64,000 bases of DNA from Armatimonadota bacterium (GCA_029564025.1 JAKQQT010000075.1:13185-77184); one strand, 5' to 3'. Counted from the first letter of the stretch, positions 17,392 through 27,288 are shown. A program made the numbers and translations. Notes: generated from the sequence alone by a model not told the origin.

Positions 17392-18798
17392 ATGGCATCG
17401 AAGATGTGGGGTGGGCGCTTCCAGGGAGGCGCGGATACACTTGCCCTTCAGTACGGCGCAAGCCTGCCGTTTGACCGCCGTCTGACGATATACGAACTTA
17501 CCGCCAGCACAGCGCACGTTCAGATGCTCGGCGAGCAGGGCATACTGGAAGAGCGCGAGGTGGCCGAAATTGTGGACGCGCTCGGGCGCCTGGGCGTGGA
17601 GTATGCCGACGGACGATTCCCGAAGGAGCCGGCAGAGGATATCCATACAGCCGTCGAGAACTACCTGACGAAACTAATTGGCCCTGTCGCCGGCAAGTTG
17701 CACACAGCCCGAAGCCGGAACGACCAGGCGGCAACGGATCTGCACCTCTATGTCCTGGATTACGGCACCCGAATCGGACACACGATTCGCGACTTGCAGG
17801 GTGCGCTGGTCGAACTTGCGGAACAACACGTCGATACCATCATGCCCGGCTTCACGCACCTGCAACCCGCCCAGCCCGTCAGCCTCGCGCACCATCTGCT
17901 GGCCTACTTCTGGATGATGGAACGCGACGCGGGACGCCTGCATGACTGCCTGAACCGGTCTGCCCAATGCCCGCTGGGCGCCGCCGCGCTGGCCGGCACT
18001 TCGTTCCCGATCGACCGCCAGGCCGTGTCCGACGAGCTCGGATTCGATGCTCCCTACCCTAACAGCCTCGATGCCGTCAGCGACCGCGATTTTGCCGTGG
18101 AACTCGTTTCCTTCGCTTCGATCTGCATGGCCCACCTGTCGCGCCTGTGCGAAGAGATGATCATCTGGTCCTCGCCGCAGTTCGGTTTCATGGAAATCGC
18201 CGACGCCTACGCGACCGGTAGCAGTATCATGCCGCAGAAGAAGAATCCCGACCTTTGCGAATTGATTCGCGGCAAGACGGGACGCGTGTACGGCGACCTT
18301 CAGGGCCTGTTGACGATGTTGAAGGGCACGCCGCTGGCCTACAACAAGGACTTCCAGGAGGACAAGGAAGCCGTTTTCGATGCCGTGGACACGCTTCTCC
18401 CGGCGCTGACCCTGATGGAATCCATGCTCCGCACCGCTACATGGAAGCCGGAACGGATGCGCGAGGCCGCGGAACTTGGCTTTCCCACGGCCACGGACGT
18501 CGCCGATCACCTCGCGTCGCGCGGCCTGCCGTTCCGCGAGGCGCATGAAATCGTAGGCAAGCTTGTGCGTCTGTGCATCGAGCGAAACTGCGCTCTATCC
18601 GAGATCAGCGCAACGGAACTGAGGGGCTTCTCCGGCTACTTTGACGCGGATTACACGGCGCCTTCGGTTGATGAAAGCCTGGCCGCGCGGACCAGTTACG
18701 GAGGAGCCGCGCCCAGCGCCGTCCAAGCGCAGTTGGAGGAGGCAAAAGCAATCGTTAAGGCGGCTGAAGAAGCGGCGACCGAACCGGACGAATCCTGA
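17392..18798 (+). CDS. argH: Argininosuccinate lyase
   Basis: MWGGRF N-terminus, TARSRNDQ, GFTHLQPAQP and the fumarate-lyase signature GSSIMPQKKNPD. Confidence 0.9.
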   Translation: MASKMWGGRFQGGADTLALQYGASLPFDRRLTIYELTASTAHVQMLGEQGILEEREVAEIVDALGRLGVEYADGRFPKEPAEDIHTAVENYLTKLIGPVAGKLHTARSRNDQAATDLHLYVLDYGTRIGHTIRDLQGALVELAEQHVDTIMPGFTHLQPAQPVSLAHHLLAYFWMMERDAGRLHDCLNRSAQCPLGAAALAGTSFPIDRQAVSDELGFDAPYPNSLDAVSDRDFAVELVSFASICMAHLSRLCEEMIIWSSPQFGFMEIADAYATGSSIMPQKKNPDLCELIRGKTGRVYGDLQGLLTMLKGTPLAYNKDFQEDKEAVFDAVDTLLPALTLMESMLRTATWKPERMREAAELGFPTATDVADHLASRGLPFREAHEIVGKLVRLCIERNCALSEISATELRGFSGYFDADYTAPSVDESLAARTSYGGAAPSAVQAQLEEAKAIVKAAEEAATEPDES

Positions 18799-18835
18799 TG
18801 CTCCGCTGACTCTGTCCCGAACGGGAAAAGTCACC

Positions 18836-20320
18836 GTGAATCCACTTCTGGAACTGACAGGCATCACGAAGCGGTTCGGCGAGGTCGTCGCTCTTGAGGG
18901 CGTATCTCTCCGCATCTCACCCGGGCGAATCATCGCGCTACTCGGCGAGAACGGGGCCGGCAAATCCACGCTGATGCGCATTTGCGACGGTCTTCTGCGC
19001 CCGGACGCAGGAGAGATTGCCTGGGACGGTCAGCCCGTGCATCTGACCGGTCCCGCCGTCGCGCGAAGCCTCGGCATCGGCATGGTTCACCAGCACTTCA
19101 CGCTTGTTCCGGCGATGACCGTCGCCGAGAACCTGGCGCTGGCCGCTCCTCCGAGAGGCGTCCAATCGCCGTCAGCGCTCGTACGATCCGCCAATGCATT
19201 GATGGAACGCACCGGTCTCAAGGTGGATCCTTGTGCCCTGGCTGGCGATCTACCGGTCGGTCTTCAACAGCGTGTCGAGATTCTGAAAGCTCTCAGCGCT
19301 CCGGTGCGTCTGCTGATACTGGACGAACCGACAGCCGTCCTCACTCCCCGGGAGACGACCGAACTGTTCAACATTCTTCGTCAACTGAGAGACGACGGCG
19401 CTTCCATCGTCCTCATCACACACAAACTTCCGGAAGCGCTGGCAATTGCGCAGGAAGTGGTGGTACTGCGGCACGGGCGCGTCGTGCTCGATGCCAACCG
19501 AGAGGAGGTCAACGCGGAGGCCTTGTCAACCGCGATGGTCGGACGTACGCTGGAACAACCGGAAGCTTTGATTCCACTGGAGACGGGCGAGATCATCGTA
19601 TCCAGCCCTCTGCTGGCTTGTCCGGGCCAGGAGACGGGTGTCATCCGAGCCGGTGAAGTCCTCGGTGTCGCGGGCGTGGACGGAAACGGGCAGTCGGAGC
19701 TTGCCGAATCGATGATTGGATTGCGCAACGCGCCGGTGACCGTGTACACGGGAGCATCATTGAGCCCGGCGGACGAATGGCCCATCGCCGAACGGATCGC
19801 CTGGGGAATGGCTCACATCCCGGACGACCGCCACACAACGGGACTGGCGCTTCAGGCGTCGGTTCGCGACAACCTGTTTCTGGCCGGAGATACATTGCCG
19901 CGCTTCGGCGTGTTCATCGACCGCAAACGTGCCGAATCAACGGCTCGCGACCTTGTTGACCGGTACGACGTGAGGACATCGGGAATGAGCGCTCCGGTGT
20001 CGGAACTGTCGGGTGGAAATCAGCAGAAACTCATTGTCGCGCGCGAGATGAACCGCGAACCGAAACTCCTCGTTGCCGTCAATCCGACACGCGGCCTCGA
20101 TATCGGCGCCACCGGGTATGTTCATCAGACCATAAAGGCGCACCGGGAACGCGGCGGCGCCACTCTGCTCATCTCCAACGAACTAGAGGAATTGCTGGGT
20201 TTGAGCGACCGGATCGCCGTTCTGTACGCCGGACGTTTCATCGGCGAGGTCCTTCCCGGCGCTCCTGAAGCTCGCGAGAGAATCGGGCGAATGATGACCG
20301 GCACGGAGTCGGAAGCGTGA
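18836..20320 (+). CDS. ABC importer ATPase, duplicated cassette (CUT2 / BMP-nucleoside/sugar type)
   Basis: Walker A GENGAGKST, Walker B LLILDEPT, second-half signature LSGGNQQK. The start is set at GTG 18836 (VNPLLELTGITKRFG) because the 5' part of ORF 18641 overlaps argH. Confidence 0.85.
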   Translation: MNPLLELTGITKRFGEVVALEGVSLRISPGRIIALLGENGAGKSTLMRICDGLLRPDAGEIAWDGQPVHLTGPAVARSLGIGMVHQHFTLVPAMTVAENLALAAPPRGVQSPSALVRSANALMERTGLKVDPCALAGDLPVGLQQRVEILKALSAPVRLLILDEPTAVLTPRETTELFNILRQLRDDGASIVLITHKLPEALAIAQEVVVLRHGRVVLDANREEVNAEALSTAMVGRTLEQPEALIPLETGEIIVSSPLLACPGQETGVIRAGEVLGVAGVDGNGQSELAESMIGLRNAPVTVYTGASLSPADEWPIAERIAWGMAHIPDDRHTTGLALQASVRDNLFLAGDTLPRFGVFIDRKRAESTARDLVDRYDVRTSGMSAPVSELSGGNQQKLIVAREMNREPKLLVAVNPTRGLDIGATGYVHQTIKAHRERGGATLLISNELEELLGLSDRIAVLYAGRFIGEVLPGAPEARERIGRMMTGTESEA

Positions 20321-21345
20321 AACAACGGCTGACGCCATTGGCTATCGGCGTTCTCGCCCCTGTTGCGCTGGCTCTGCTGATCGGGGCTGTGGTCATTGCG
20401 CTGACGGGAGGTAACGTTTCCACGGCATACTCAGCCTTATGGACAGGCGCGTTCGGGGAAGCCTACCAGCGGTCCGAGACGATCGTGCGGGCCGTGCCGC
20501 TCCTGTTCACCGGCCTGGCCGTGGCGGTGGCTTTCCGCGCCGGTATCTGGAACATCGGCGCCGAGGGCCAGTTGCTGGTCGGCGCGCTTGCGGTTGCGGC
20601 GGTGGCGAGGGTTGGAGAGACGTGGCCGGCTTGGGCATTGATTCCTCTGTGTCTGACCGCCGCCGTGGTTTCAGGTTCGCTGTGGTCGGCAATCGCCGCT
20701 TTCTTAAAAATTCGGCGCCAGGTTCCGGAGGTGATATCAACAATCATGCTCAATTTCCTGGCTATCAACCTCGTCGGAGCGTTGATCCACGGGCCGATGA
20801 TGAAGAAGTCCGGATATTATCCCGAAACGGAACCGCTTCCCCTGGCCGCCGTATTGCCGAGGCTCTTTCCGCCCAACCGGATCCACGCCGGTGTGCTCAT
20901 TGCGGTACTCGCGGCTGTTCTGGCGGGCGTATGGCTGTTCCGCACGGTTCACGGGTATCGGGTCCGAATGGTCGGCATCAACGCGCAGGCGGCGCGTTCG
21001 GCCGGCTTCCCGACAACGCGCATCGTGTGGCAGGTGTTTCTACTCAGTGGAGCGCTTGCCGGTTTGTGCGGTGGCGTGGAACTGATGAGCGTTACCAACA
21101 CCCTGTCCCCAAGTTTTTCGCCCGGTTGGGGATACACCGCCATCGCCGTGGCACTGCTCGGCGGCCTTCAGCCGGCAGGCGTGGCGCTGGCGGCACTGCT
21201 TTTCGGCGCCTTGGACGCCGGCGCGGCGGCCATGGAAAGCCAGGCAGGCGTGTCACACGTGGTGGTGGAAGTGATTCAGGGCGTTATCATATTGGCAGTG
21301 GCAATCCGCGCCGCCCTCGCCTGGCGCGCCGCACCGGAGACATAG
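20317..21345 (+). CDS. ABC transporter permease (BPD_transp_2 type)
   Basis: Polytopic hydrophobic protein with a GTGA overlap to the ATPase gene. Its composition is typical of ribose/BMP-type permeases. Confidence 0.8.
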   Translation: MKQRLTPLAIGVLAPVALALLIGAVVIALTGGNVSTAYSALWTGAFGEAYQRSETIVRAVPLLFTGLAVAVAFRAGIWNIGAEGQLLVGALAVAAVARVGETWPAWALIPLCLTAAVVSGSLWSAIAAFLKIRRQVPEVISTIMLNFLAINLVGALIHGPMMKKSGYYPETEPLPLAAVLPRLFPPNRIHAGVLIAVLAAVLAGVWLFRTVHGYRVRMVGINAQAARSAGFPTTRIVWQVFLLSGALAGLCGGVELMSVTNTLSPSFSPGWGYTAIAVALLGGLQPAGVALAALLFGALDAGAAAMESQAGVSHVVVEVIQGVIILAVAIRAALAWRAAPET

Positions 21346-21346
21346 C

Positions 21347-22252
21347 GTGGACTTTCTGCACGGCGCCGTGGCTTTGGCTGTTCCCTTGATTCTTGCCGCC
21401 CTGGGCGAGTTGATTTCCGAACGCGCCGGCGTCCTGAACATCGGCCTGGAGGGACTGATGCTGGTCGGCGCCTTCGCCGCCTTCGCGGTGACACACGCCA
21501 CGGGCTCGCCCGGTATCGGACTGACCGCCGCCGCTCTTTGCGGAATGGCCCTCGCCGCCTTGTTTGCCCTGTTGACCGTTTTTGTGAAGGCCGACCAGGT
21601 GATTGTCGGAACCGGATTGAATTTGATTGGCCTGGGTCTGACGGGCACGATCTACCGCGGATTGTTCGGCATTTCGTCCGCGGCCCTCACCGTCACACCG
21701 CTGGCTTCCGTACAATGGCCTCTGCTGGGATCCATTCCGGTGCTGGGTCCGCTGGTCTTCCAACAGAATCTGCTGGTCCCGTTGTCGGTTGTGGCGGCGG
21801 CCGCCGTCTGGTGGTACCTGTATCGAACGCGCCCGGGACTGGCACTCCGCGCTTGCGGCGAGAAACCGGAATCGGCGGACACGGCCGGGTACAGCGTTTC
21901 GCGTATCCGTTTCCTGGCCGTGGTTGCCGGAGGAGCGCTGACCGGGGTCGGCGGCGGATACCTTTCGGTGGCGCAGGGCAACACGTTTGTGGAAGGAATG
22001 ACGAACGGCCGCGGCTTCATCGCCCTGGCACTTGTTATCTTCGGGCGCTGGAATCCGTGGGGTGTACTGGGCGCCGCCCTGTTCTTCGGAATGGCGGAAC
22101 AGGCACGTTACACACTGCCGGGTCTTGGCTACGACCTGTCGCCGCAGGTTATTGCCATGGCGCCTTACCTGGCCACGCTCTTGGCGCTGGGCCTGTTCCG
22201 GCGGCGAACCGGCGGCCCCGCGGCGCTGGCAGTACCCTATCGCAGACACTAA
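21347..22252 (+). CDS. ABC transporter permease (BPD_transp_2 type), second subunit
   Basis: Polytopic hydrophobic protein. Its GTG start lies 1 nt after the preceding stop. Confidence 0.8.
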   Translation: MDFLHGAVALAVPLILAALGELISERAGVLNIGLEGLMLVGAFAAFAVTHATGSPGIGLTAAALCGMALAALFALLTVFVKADQVIVGTGLNLIGLGLTGTIYRGLFGISSAALTVTPLASVQWPLLGSIPVLGPLVFQQNLLVPLSVVAAAAVWWYLYRTRPGLALRACGEKPESADTAGYSVSRIRFLAVVAGGALTGVGGGYLSVAQGNTFVEGMTNGRGFIALALVIFGRWNPWGVLGAALFFGMAEQARYTLPGLGYDLSPQVIAMAPYLATLLALGLFRRRTGGPAALAVPYRRH

Positions 22253-22267
22253 GGAGAGTTCTAGCAG

Positions 22268-24772
22268 ATGAGCATATCAATATCCGTAGCGTGGGATTCC
22301 GCCGCCAAACGGTACCGGGGCCTATTGGGCCACAATCCGGGCGACCGGCTGACAAGGTCCGAAGACGTGGCCCGAGCCGTCGAGGAACTGGCCAAAGCCC
22401 ACTCCGGTGCTTGCCGGTTGACCGAATACGGGAAAACATATGAGGGTCGTCCTCTCCAGTTGCTCACGTTCGCCTCCCCTGCCAACTTGAAACGTCTGGA
22501 CGATATCAAGGCCCGCACCCGCGCCCTGGCTGAGGATCCCGAAAACGCGGAGATCGGCGATCTGCCCGCCACGGTATGGATCATCGCCAATGTTCACGGC
22601 GATGAACACTCCACCGCCGATGCCGCGCTTATGCTTGCGTGTCACCTTGCCGGGGGCGATTCCTGCCTGGAGAACGCAGTGGTCTGCATTGATCCCTTGC
22701 AGAATCCCGACGGCCGCGCCCGTTCCGTGAACGCCTATTACTCCCTGTTTGGCCTCTCCGCACGCCGCGATCCGCAGGCCGCCGAACACAGCGACCCGTG
22801 GCCCGGCGGTCGCGGAAACCACTACCTGTTTGATCTCAACCGCGACTGGTTTCCGATGACACAGCCCGAATCCCAGGCGCGGGTCCGTGCCTTCCTGGAA
22901 TGGCGTCCCCAGTTGCTCGCGGACCTGCACGAAATGTGGTCGGATTCGCATTTCTTCTTCCCACCGCCCGCGCAACCGCTGAATCCGAATTACGGCGCAC
23001 ACATCACGAAATGGTGGTCCGTGCTCGGGCGCGAACTGGCACGCACATTCGACGAACAGGGTTGGATGTATTGGACCGGTGAAGTGTTCGACGCCTTCTA
23101 CCCCGGCTACGGAGAAGCGTTTCCCTGCATCCACGGGTGCGCCGGCATGACGTTCGAACAAGCCGGCGTTGCGGGCATCGAGGTCGAACGGCGCGACGGG
23201 TCTCTGCTGACCTTCGAGGACGCCGTGCGCCATCACTTCGGCGCGGCGCTGACCGTTTGTCGGACCGCCGCCGAACGCCGCGAGGAACTGCTGACCGAAT
23301 TCCGAAACCAGTTCAGCGAAGCTTCACCCGACGACGAGACGGCGTTCATCTTCGAGCACAGAAGCGCGCTGACCGAACGCATCGCGATGATGCTGGAGCG
23401 GGCCGGAATTCCCGTCCGGCATTTGATTAGGCAGACTGCGATGGAAGTTACACCCTACGCGGGCGGGGACAAGAGTACCGTGCGCCTGCCTGCCGGAACG
23501 ATGGTCGTTCCCGCAACCGGGCCGACCGCGAAAACCGTGCGCGCCCTGCTGGAACGTGAAACGCACATTGATCAGGACTTCCTCAACGAGCAGATCCGAC
23601 GCCGGGAGGAAAATGCGAGTTCCAGATTCTACGATCATACCGTGTGGAGCATTCCCGTGGCGCTCGGACTGAGCCCCTGGACAACCTCGGCAAAAGGCTT
23701 GCCGCTGTCACCCCGTACGGCGCCCAAACACGTCCCCGTAGAAGAACCGGAATACGGATTCCTCATTCCAGCTGAAGGCCTCGACACCCACGCTTCGCTA
23801 TGCCGCATGCTGAACGCGGGACTTCGTCCGCGCGTATCCTTGGACTACTTCGGGATTGGAGGGGCGGATTATGGCAGAGGCACAATCGTCGTCCGGAAGG
23901 CCGACCACGCGGGCGACTGGAAATCCGTCTGCAAGGCTGTTCATTCATCTTGCGCGGAAACCTTTGTCCGGCCTGCCCCGCTGGCGAACGGGTGGACCGA
24001 CGCCGGCCTTTCCCTCGGCAGTGACGAAATTGCCCATATCCCGGAGCCGAAAGTGGCCGTGCTTTACGACAGGCCCGCGTCCGGGCTCAGTTACGGCTGG
24101 ATCGCCTGGTTGTTCGAGCAGAGACTGAAACTTCCCTTCACACCGCTCCGCTCCCGCGCCGTCGAACGCGGAGATCTCAGAATGTATGAAACCATCGTCC
24201 TTCCCAACGGTTCCGCCGAGGACTACTCGGCGCTCAGCGAGAATTTCTGGAAGCGACTGGATGCCTGGCTCCGCACGGGCGGCACGCTTATCACCATCGG
24301 CGGCGCATCGGCGCACATCGCATCCAAGGGCAAGGAGTGGACCACGTGCCAGATTGTGAAGGACCTGGGCGCTGAATCCCAGACTGCCGCCGATGAGCCC
24401 GTCCCGCTCGAACGGAGGCCGGAACGCGTGAACGGCGCCGCTCTGCGCATCCTGCTGGACCGGCACCATTGTTCCTCGATGGGATTCAACCTTGAAAGCA
24501 TCACCGTCTTCAATACCGATCTTCTTCTGACCCCCTCCATCGAAGGCCGCAACGGCGCGGTTTTCGCACCGGAGGACCGCCTCGTGGCCGCCGGCTTTGT
24601 GTGGGAGCGTATGAAAAAAGCGCTACCGGGCAAGGCTTATCTCGTGGAGGAATCCCACGGAGAAGGCCGTATCATTCTCTTTGCCGACGATCCCAACCAG
24701 CGCGGTTACTGGGAGGTGTCGGCCCGCTTGTTCGCGAACTCCGTGTTGTTCTCGCGTGTTGAATCGCGGTAA
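22268..24772 (+). CDS. M14-family zinc carboxypeptidase-like protein, large (834 aa)
   Basis: HxxE zinc site ANVHGDEHST, second His LLADLHEM, catalytic-Glu context GMTFEQAG. A long C-terminal extension ends in GRIILFADDPN, a class-I amidotransferase-like pattern. Confidence 0.7.
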   Translation: MSISISVAWDSAAKRYRGLLGHNPGDRLTRSEDVARAVEELAKAHSGACRLTEYGKTYEGRPLQLLTFASPANLKRLDDIKARTRALAEDPENAEIGDLPATVWIIANVHGDEHSTADAALMLACHLAGGDSCLENAVVCIDPLQNPDGRARSVNAYYSLFGLSARRDPQAAEHSDPWPGGRGNHYLFDLNRDWFPMTQPESQARVRAFLEWRPQLLADLHEMWSDSHFFFPPPAQPLNPNYGAHITKWWSVLGRELARTFDEQGWMYWTGEVFDAFYPGYGEAFPCIHGCAGMTFEQAGVAGIEVERRDGSLLTFEDAVRHHFGAALTVCRTAAERREELLTEFRNQFSEASPDDETAFIFEHRSALTERIAMMLERAGIPVRHLIRQTAMEVTPYAGGDKSTVRLPAGTMVVPATGPTAKTVRALLERETHIDQDFLNEQIRRREENASSRFYDHTVWSIPVALGLSPWTTSAKGLPLSPRTAPKHVPVEEPEYGFLIPAEGLDTHASLCRMLNAGLRPRVSLDYFGIGGADYGRGTIVVRKADHAGDWKSVCKAVHSSCAETFVRPAPLANGWTDAGLSLGSDEIAHIPEPKVAVLYDRPASGLSYGWIAWLFEQRLKLPFTPLRSRAVERGDLRMYETIVLPNGSAEDYSALSENFWKRLDAWLRTGGTLITIGGASAHIASKGKEWTTCQIVKDLGAESQTAADEPVPLERRPERVNGAALRILLDRHHCSSMGFNLESITVFNTDLLLTPSIEGRNGAVFAPEDRLVAAGFVWERMKKALPGKAYLVEESHGEGRIILFADDPNQRGYWEVSARLFANSVLFSRVESR

Positions 24773-24798
24773 CAACCATACCGCAAAGGAGAACTGAC

Positions 24799-25839
24799 TT
24801 GCGTAACTTCCACATTCTGGCGGGAACGTTGACCGCCATTTTGCTGACCGGGTGTCTGCCTCTCGGAGCGGCGCCCGTCACACCCGCGAAGAAGGTCGCG
24901 CCAAAGCCGGCCATCGTCGTCAAGGTTCTGGCGCTCAGTTTCGATCCGGTTATCCCGGAGGAGGGCGGCAAACGTCTGACCGAGGTCTGCGGATGGAACA
25001 ATCCGCGCAAACTGGCCGATGGTTACATCAACGACCTCAAGAAGGCCACCAACGGTTTGATCCAGTACAAAATCGTGCAGTGGAAGGACATCAAGGACTT
25101 CCACACCAAAATCGACGGTTTTAAGTATACGCCCGAGCAGTACATGAAGTGCCGGCGCGAGGGCAAGGGCTGGCACAATCCGGACACGGCTGACTACGTG
25201 AAAACCTTCAAGGACCACGACGTGATCCGGCGCATCGACAAGGGCGAGATCGACGAGGTGTGGTTCCTGGGCGGCCCGTACTTCGGGTACAACGAATCCG
25301 CCATGGCCGGCCCTGGTGCCTTCTATATCAACGGCGAGGTGTACGACAAGGTCAAGAGCAAGCGCGCCTTCGCCATCATGGGCTTCAATTACGAGCGCGG
25401 CGTAGCCGAGATGTTGCACGACCTGTGCCACCGCACCGAAAGCACGATGTCCCGCGTCTACGGGGGATGGCGTGTGGAGGAACTGACCACCAACTGGGCC
25501 AGGTTCGCCGCCAATGACATCCAGTCGAACGGCGTAGCGGCCGTCGGCACGTGCCATTACCCGCCGAACGCAGAGGACGGATACGACTACTCCAATCCCC
25601 GCACGGTCCAGAGCACGGCGGACGACTGGCTGAAGTACCCGAAACTCACCGGCGAGAAGAAGCCCGTCAACCGCGAGTCCTGGGGCGGCCCAGACTACCA
25701 CCGTAACTACATGAAGTGGTGGTTTGCCCGCATCCCGAACGCGCCGGGTGTGAACGCGGACGGGCGCCTCAACAACTGGTGGGAGTACATCTTCCACTTC
25801 AACAACTACGACGCGACGGGTAAACCTAAGAAGCGCTGA
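24799..25839 (+). CDS. Conserved-looking hypothetical lipoprotein
   Basis: TTG start with AAGGAGA SD and lipobox LLTGC. Trp/Tyr/Asn-rich soluble domain with no family recognised. Contains HDLCH (HxxxH spacing). Confidence 0.6.
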   Translation: MRNFHILAGTLTAILLTGCLPLGAAPVTPAKKVAPKPAIVVKVLALSFDPVIPEEGGKRLTEVCGWNNPRKLADGYINDLKKATNGLIQYKIVQWKDIKDFHTKIDGFKYTPEQYMKCRREGKGWHNPDTADYVKTFKDHDVIRRIDKGEIDEVWFLGGPYFGYNESAMAGPGAFYINGEVYDKVKSKRAFAIMGFNYERGVAEMLHDLCHRTESTMSRVYGGWRVEELTTNWARFAANDIQSNGVAAVGTCHYPPNAEDGYDYSNPRTVQSTADDWLKYPKLTGEKKPVNRESWGGPDYHRNYMKWWFARIPNAPGVNADGRLNNWWEYIFHFNNYDATGKPKKR

Positions 25840-25867
25840 ACTTCGGACTGCAACGGAATCCGAAAAC

Positions 25868-25900
25868 GGGCGGCTTCCGCGTTGAAGCCGCCCATTTTCC
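25868..25900 (+). terminator. Rho-independent terminator closing the long + strand unit
   Basis: GGGCGGCTTC (25868-25877) / GAAGCCGCCC (25884-25893) form a perfect 10-bp stem, followed by ATTTTCC. Confidence 0.65.
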
Positions 25901-26013
25901 TGATGCGACGGGACATTTGGCCGATTATGTGATAACATAGATTTCATAATCGACCGAATGCTTCTCGCGCGCAACACAGCGCGATGGTCATGTCTGTCCG
26001 ACAGGAGGATCGC

Positions 26014-27288
26014 ATGAAAGGCAGTCTTCTTCTAAGGTTCAGCCTGATAGCCGCTATTCTGTTTCTCTTCTCCCCTCCGCCTGCCCGATCGCAGGATCCG
26101 GGTATCGCGCCCGTCGAATCCGCGGGAATCGTCTACATGATCTACGCCAGCGATCCCACGCTGATTGACGGCACCTTTGACTTTCACATCCTTCCGTTTC
26201 CGTTCATGCCCGATATGATTGGATTCCTGAACGTGGTGGCAGATTTGAACGGCGATGGAATGATCATGCCGCATGAGTGGATCGTCAACAACGTGCCGTT
26301 GCGCCTCGATCAGGGAATACTGGAACAACCCATGCTGAGCGCCTGGTTCGAGATGTTGGAACCGCCTATTATGGAGAGACCTGTCACGGTCTGGTCTCGC
26401 CTCTCCGTCGACCAGGTTCACGACTTCATGCTATACCCGACCTGGACCATCTCCACGGTCATACCGACCATCGGAGTCTGGGGAGCTAACGACTTGGACG
26501 GCCAGGCCGAAAATGTCGTTCCAATCAGCGTTTCGAACACCCCGCCCAACATCACGGCGGATTCCAAGCGTACAGGGGTACCGGATATCGCTCAAAAAAC
26601 AAACGAATGCGGCCCCACGTCCGCGGCCAACTCACTCCGGTGGCTCGCCAAGGAAGGCGGCTTCTCCGACAAACTCCCGGCGAATGACGACGACCTCATC
26701 AAGGAACTGATGAAGGCCATGAAGGGCTCCGACGCAAGACCATTCCCGGGTCTCTCCGGAGACCAGATGAAGGAAGGCAAGGCCAAGTACGCGAAGGAGA
26801 AAGGGCTTCCCATCACCGTCAAGGGCGGCATGAACGACCCGGCGGCCTCGGGAGGCAAGGCTTTCGACTTCATCAAGAGCGAACTGGCCGACAAGGAAGA
26901 CGTTGAATTCCTGATTGGCTGGCCCGGCAAGGGCAGTCACTGGGTAACCGCACTTGGTACCGGCCAGAACGGCGACAGGCTGTTCATCGAGGTCAACGAT
27001 CCGGACGACGGAAAAACCGGGGCCGTGGAATGGGAACTCAAGAAGGACGGCACGTTTGTCAAACCCAAGGGAAAAATGCTGTGGGCTGTATCAGAATCGG
27101 TAAAGAAGCCGTACACCAAACCGGACGTCGCCAAGGCCATCCGCGCTGGTGCCGGATTGGAAACCCTCAGCCCGTCGGAGAGGGACTACCTGGATCTCGA
27201 GAGCGATGGTGAATCGGCCGGTCGGGTCGATGCCGCGGATGCCGTGCGCATCGCCCGCAAGGTAGCCGGCCTGGAACCAAATCCGTAG
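26014..27288 (+). CDS. Secreted papain-fold (C39-like) cysteine-peptidase-like protein with a dockerin-like C-terminal repeat
   Basis: Signal peptide MKGSLLLRFSLIAAILFLF, ATG 26014 with AGGAGGA SD. Candidate nucleophile context QKTNECGPTSAANSLRWL and His context GKGSHWVTALG..EVNDPDD. The C-terminus DLESDGESAGRVDAADAVRIARKVAGL resembles one dockerin/EF-hand repeat. Confidence 0.5.
   Translation: MKGSLLLRFSLIAAILFLFSPPPARSQDPGIAPVESAGIVYMIYASDPTLIDGTFDFHILPFPFMPDMIGFLNVVADLNGDGMIMPHEWIVNNVPLRLDQGILEQPMLSAWFEMLEPPIMERPVTVWSRLSVDQVHDFMLYPTWTISTVIPTIGVWGANDLDGQAENVVPISVSNTPPNITADSKRTGVPDIAQKTNECGPTSAANSLRWLAKEGGFSDKLPANDDDLIKELMKAMKGSDARPFPGLSGDQMKEGKAKYAKEKGLPITVKGGMNDPAASGGKAFDFIKSELADKEDVEFLIGWPGKGSHWVTALGTGQNGDRLFIEVNDPDDGKTGAVEWELKKDGTFVKPKGKMLWAVSESVKKPYTKPDVAKAIRAGAGLETLSPSERDYLDLESDGESAGRVDAADAVRIARKVAGLEPNP

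Noticed and set aside
20439-22443. Alternative-frame and antisense ORFs over the two ABC permease genes (20439..21389 +, 21538..22443 +, 21287..22249 -).
   Set aside because: Their products are Arg/Gly/Pro-rich nonsense. The chosen frames give coherent TM helices and stop-start coupling.
25915-25960. AT-rich patch (TTGGCCGATTATGTGATAACATAGATTTCATAATCG) considered as a sigma-70 or sigma-54 promoter for the 26014 gene.
   Set aside because: No -35/-10 pair has acceptable spacing, and TGGCCG has no GC at the -12 register. It is plausibly a promoter region, but I cannot define the elements.
24706-25977. 423-aa ORF antisense to the lipoprotein gene.
   Set aside because: It has antisense high-GC composition. 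The + strand gene has an SD, a lipobox and a terminator.
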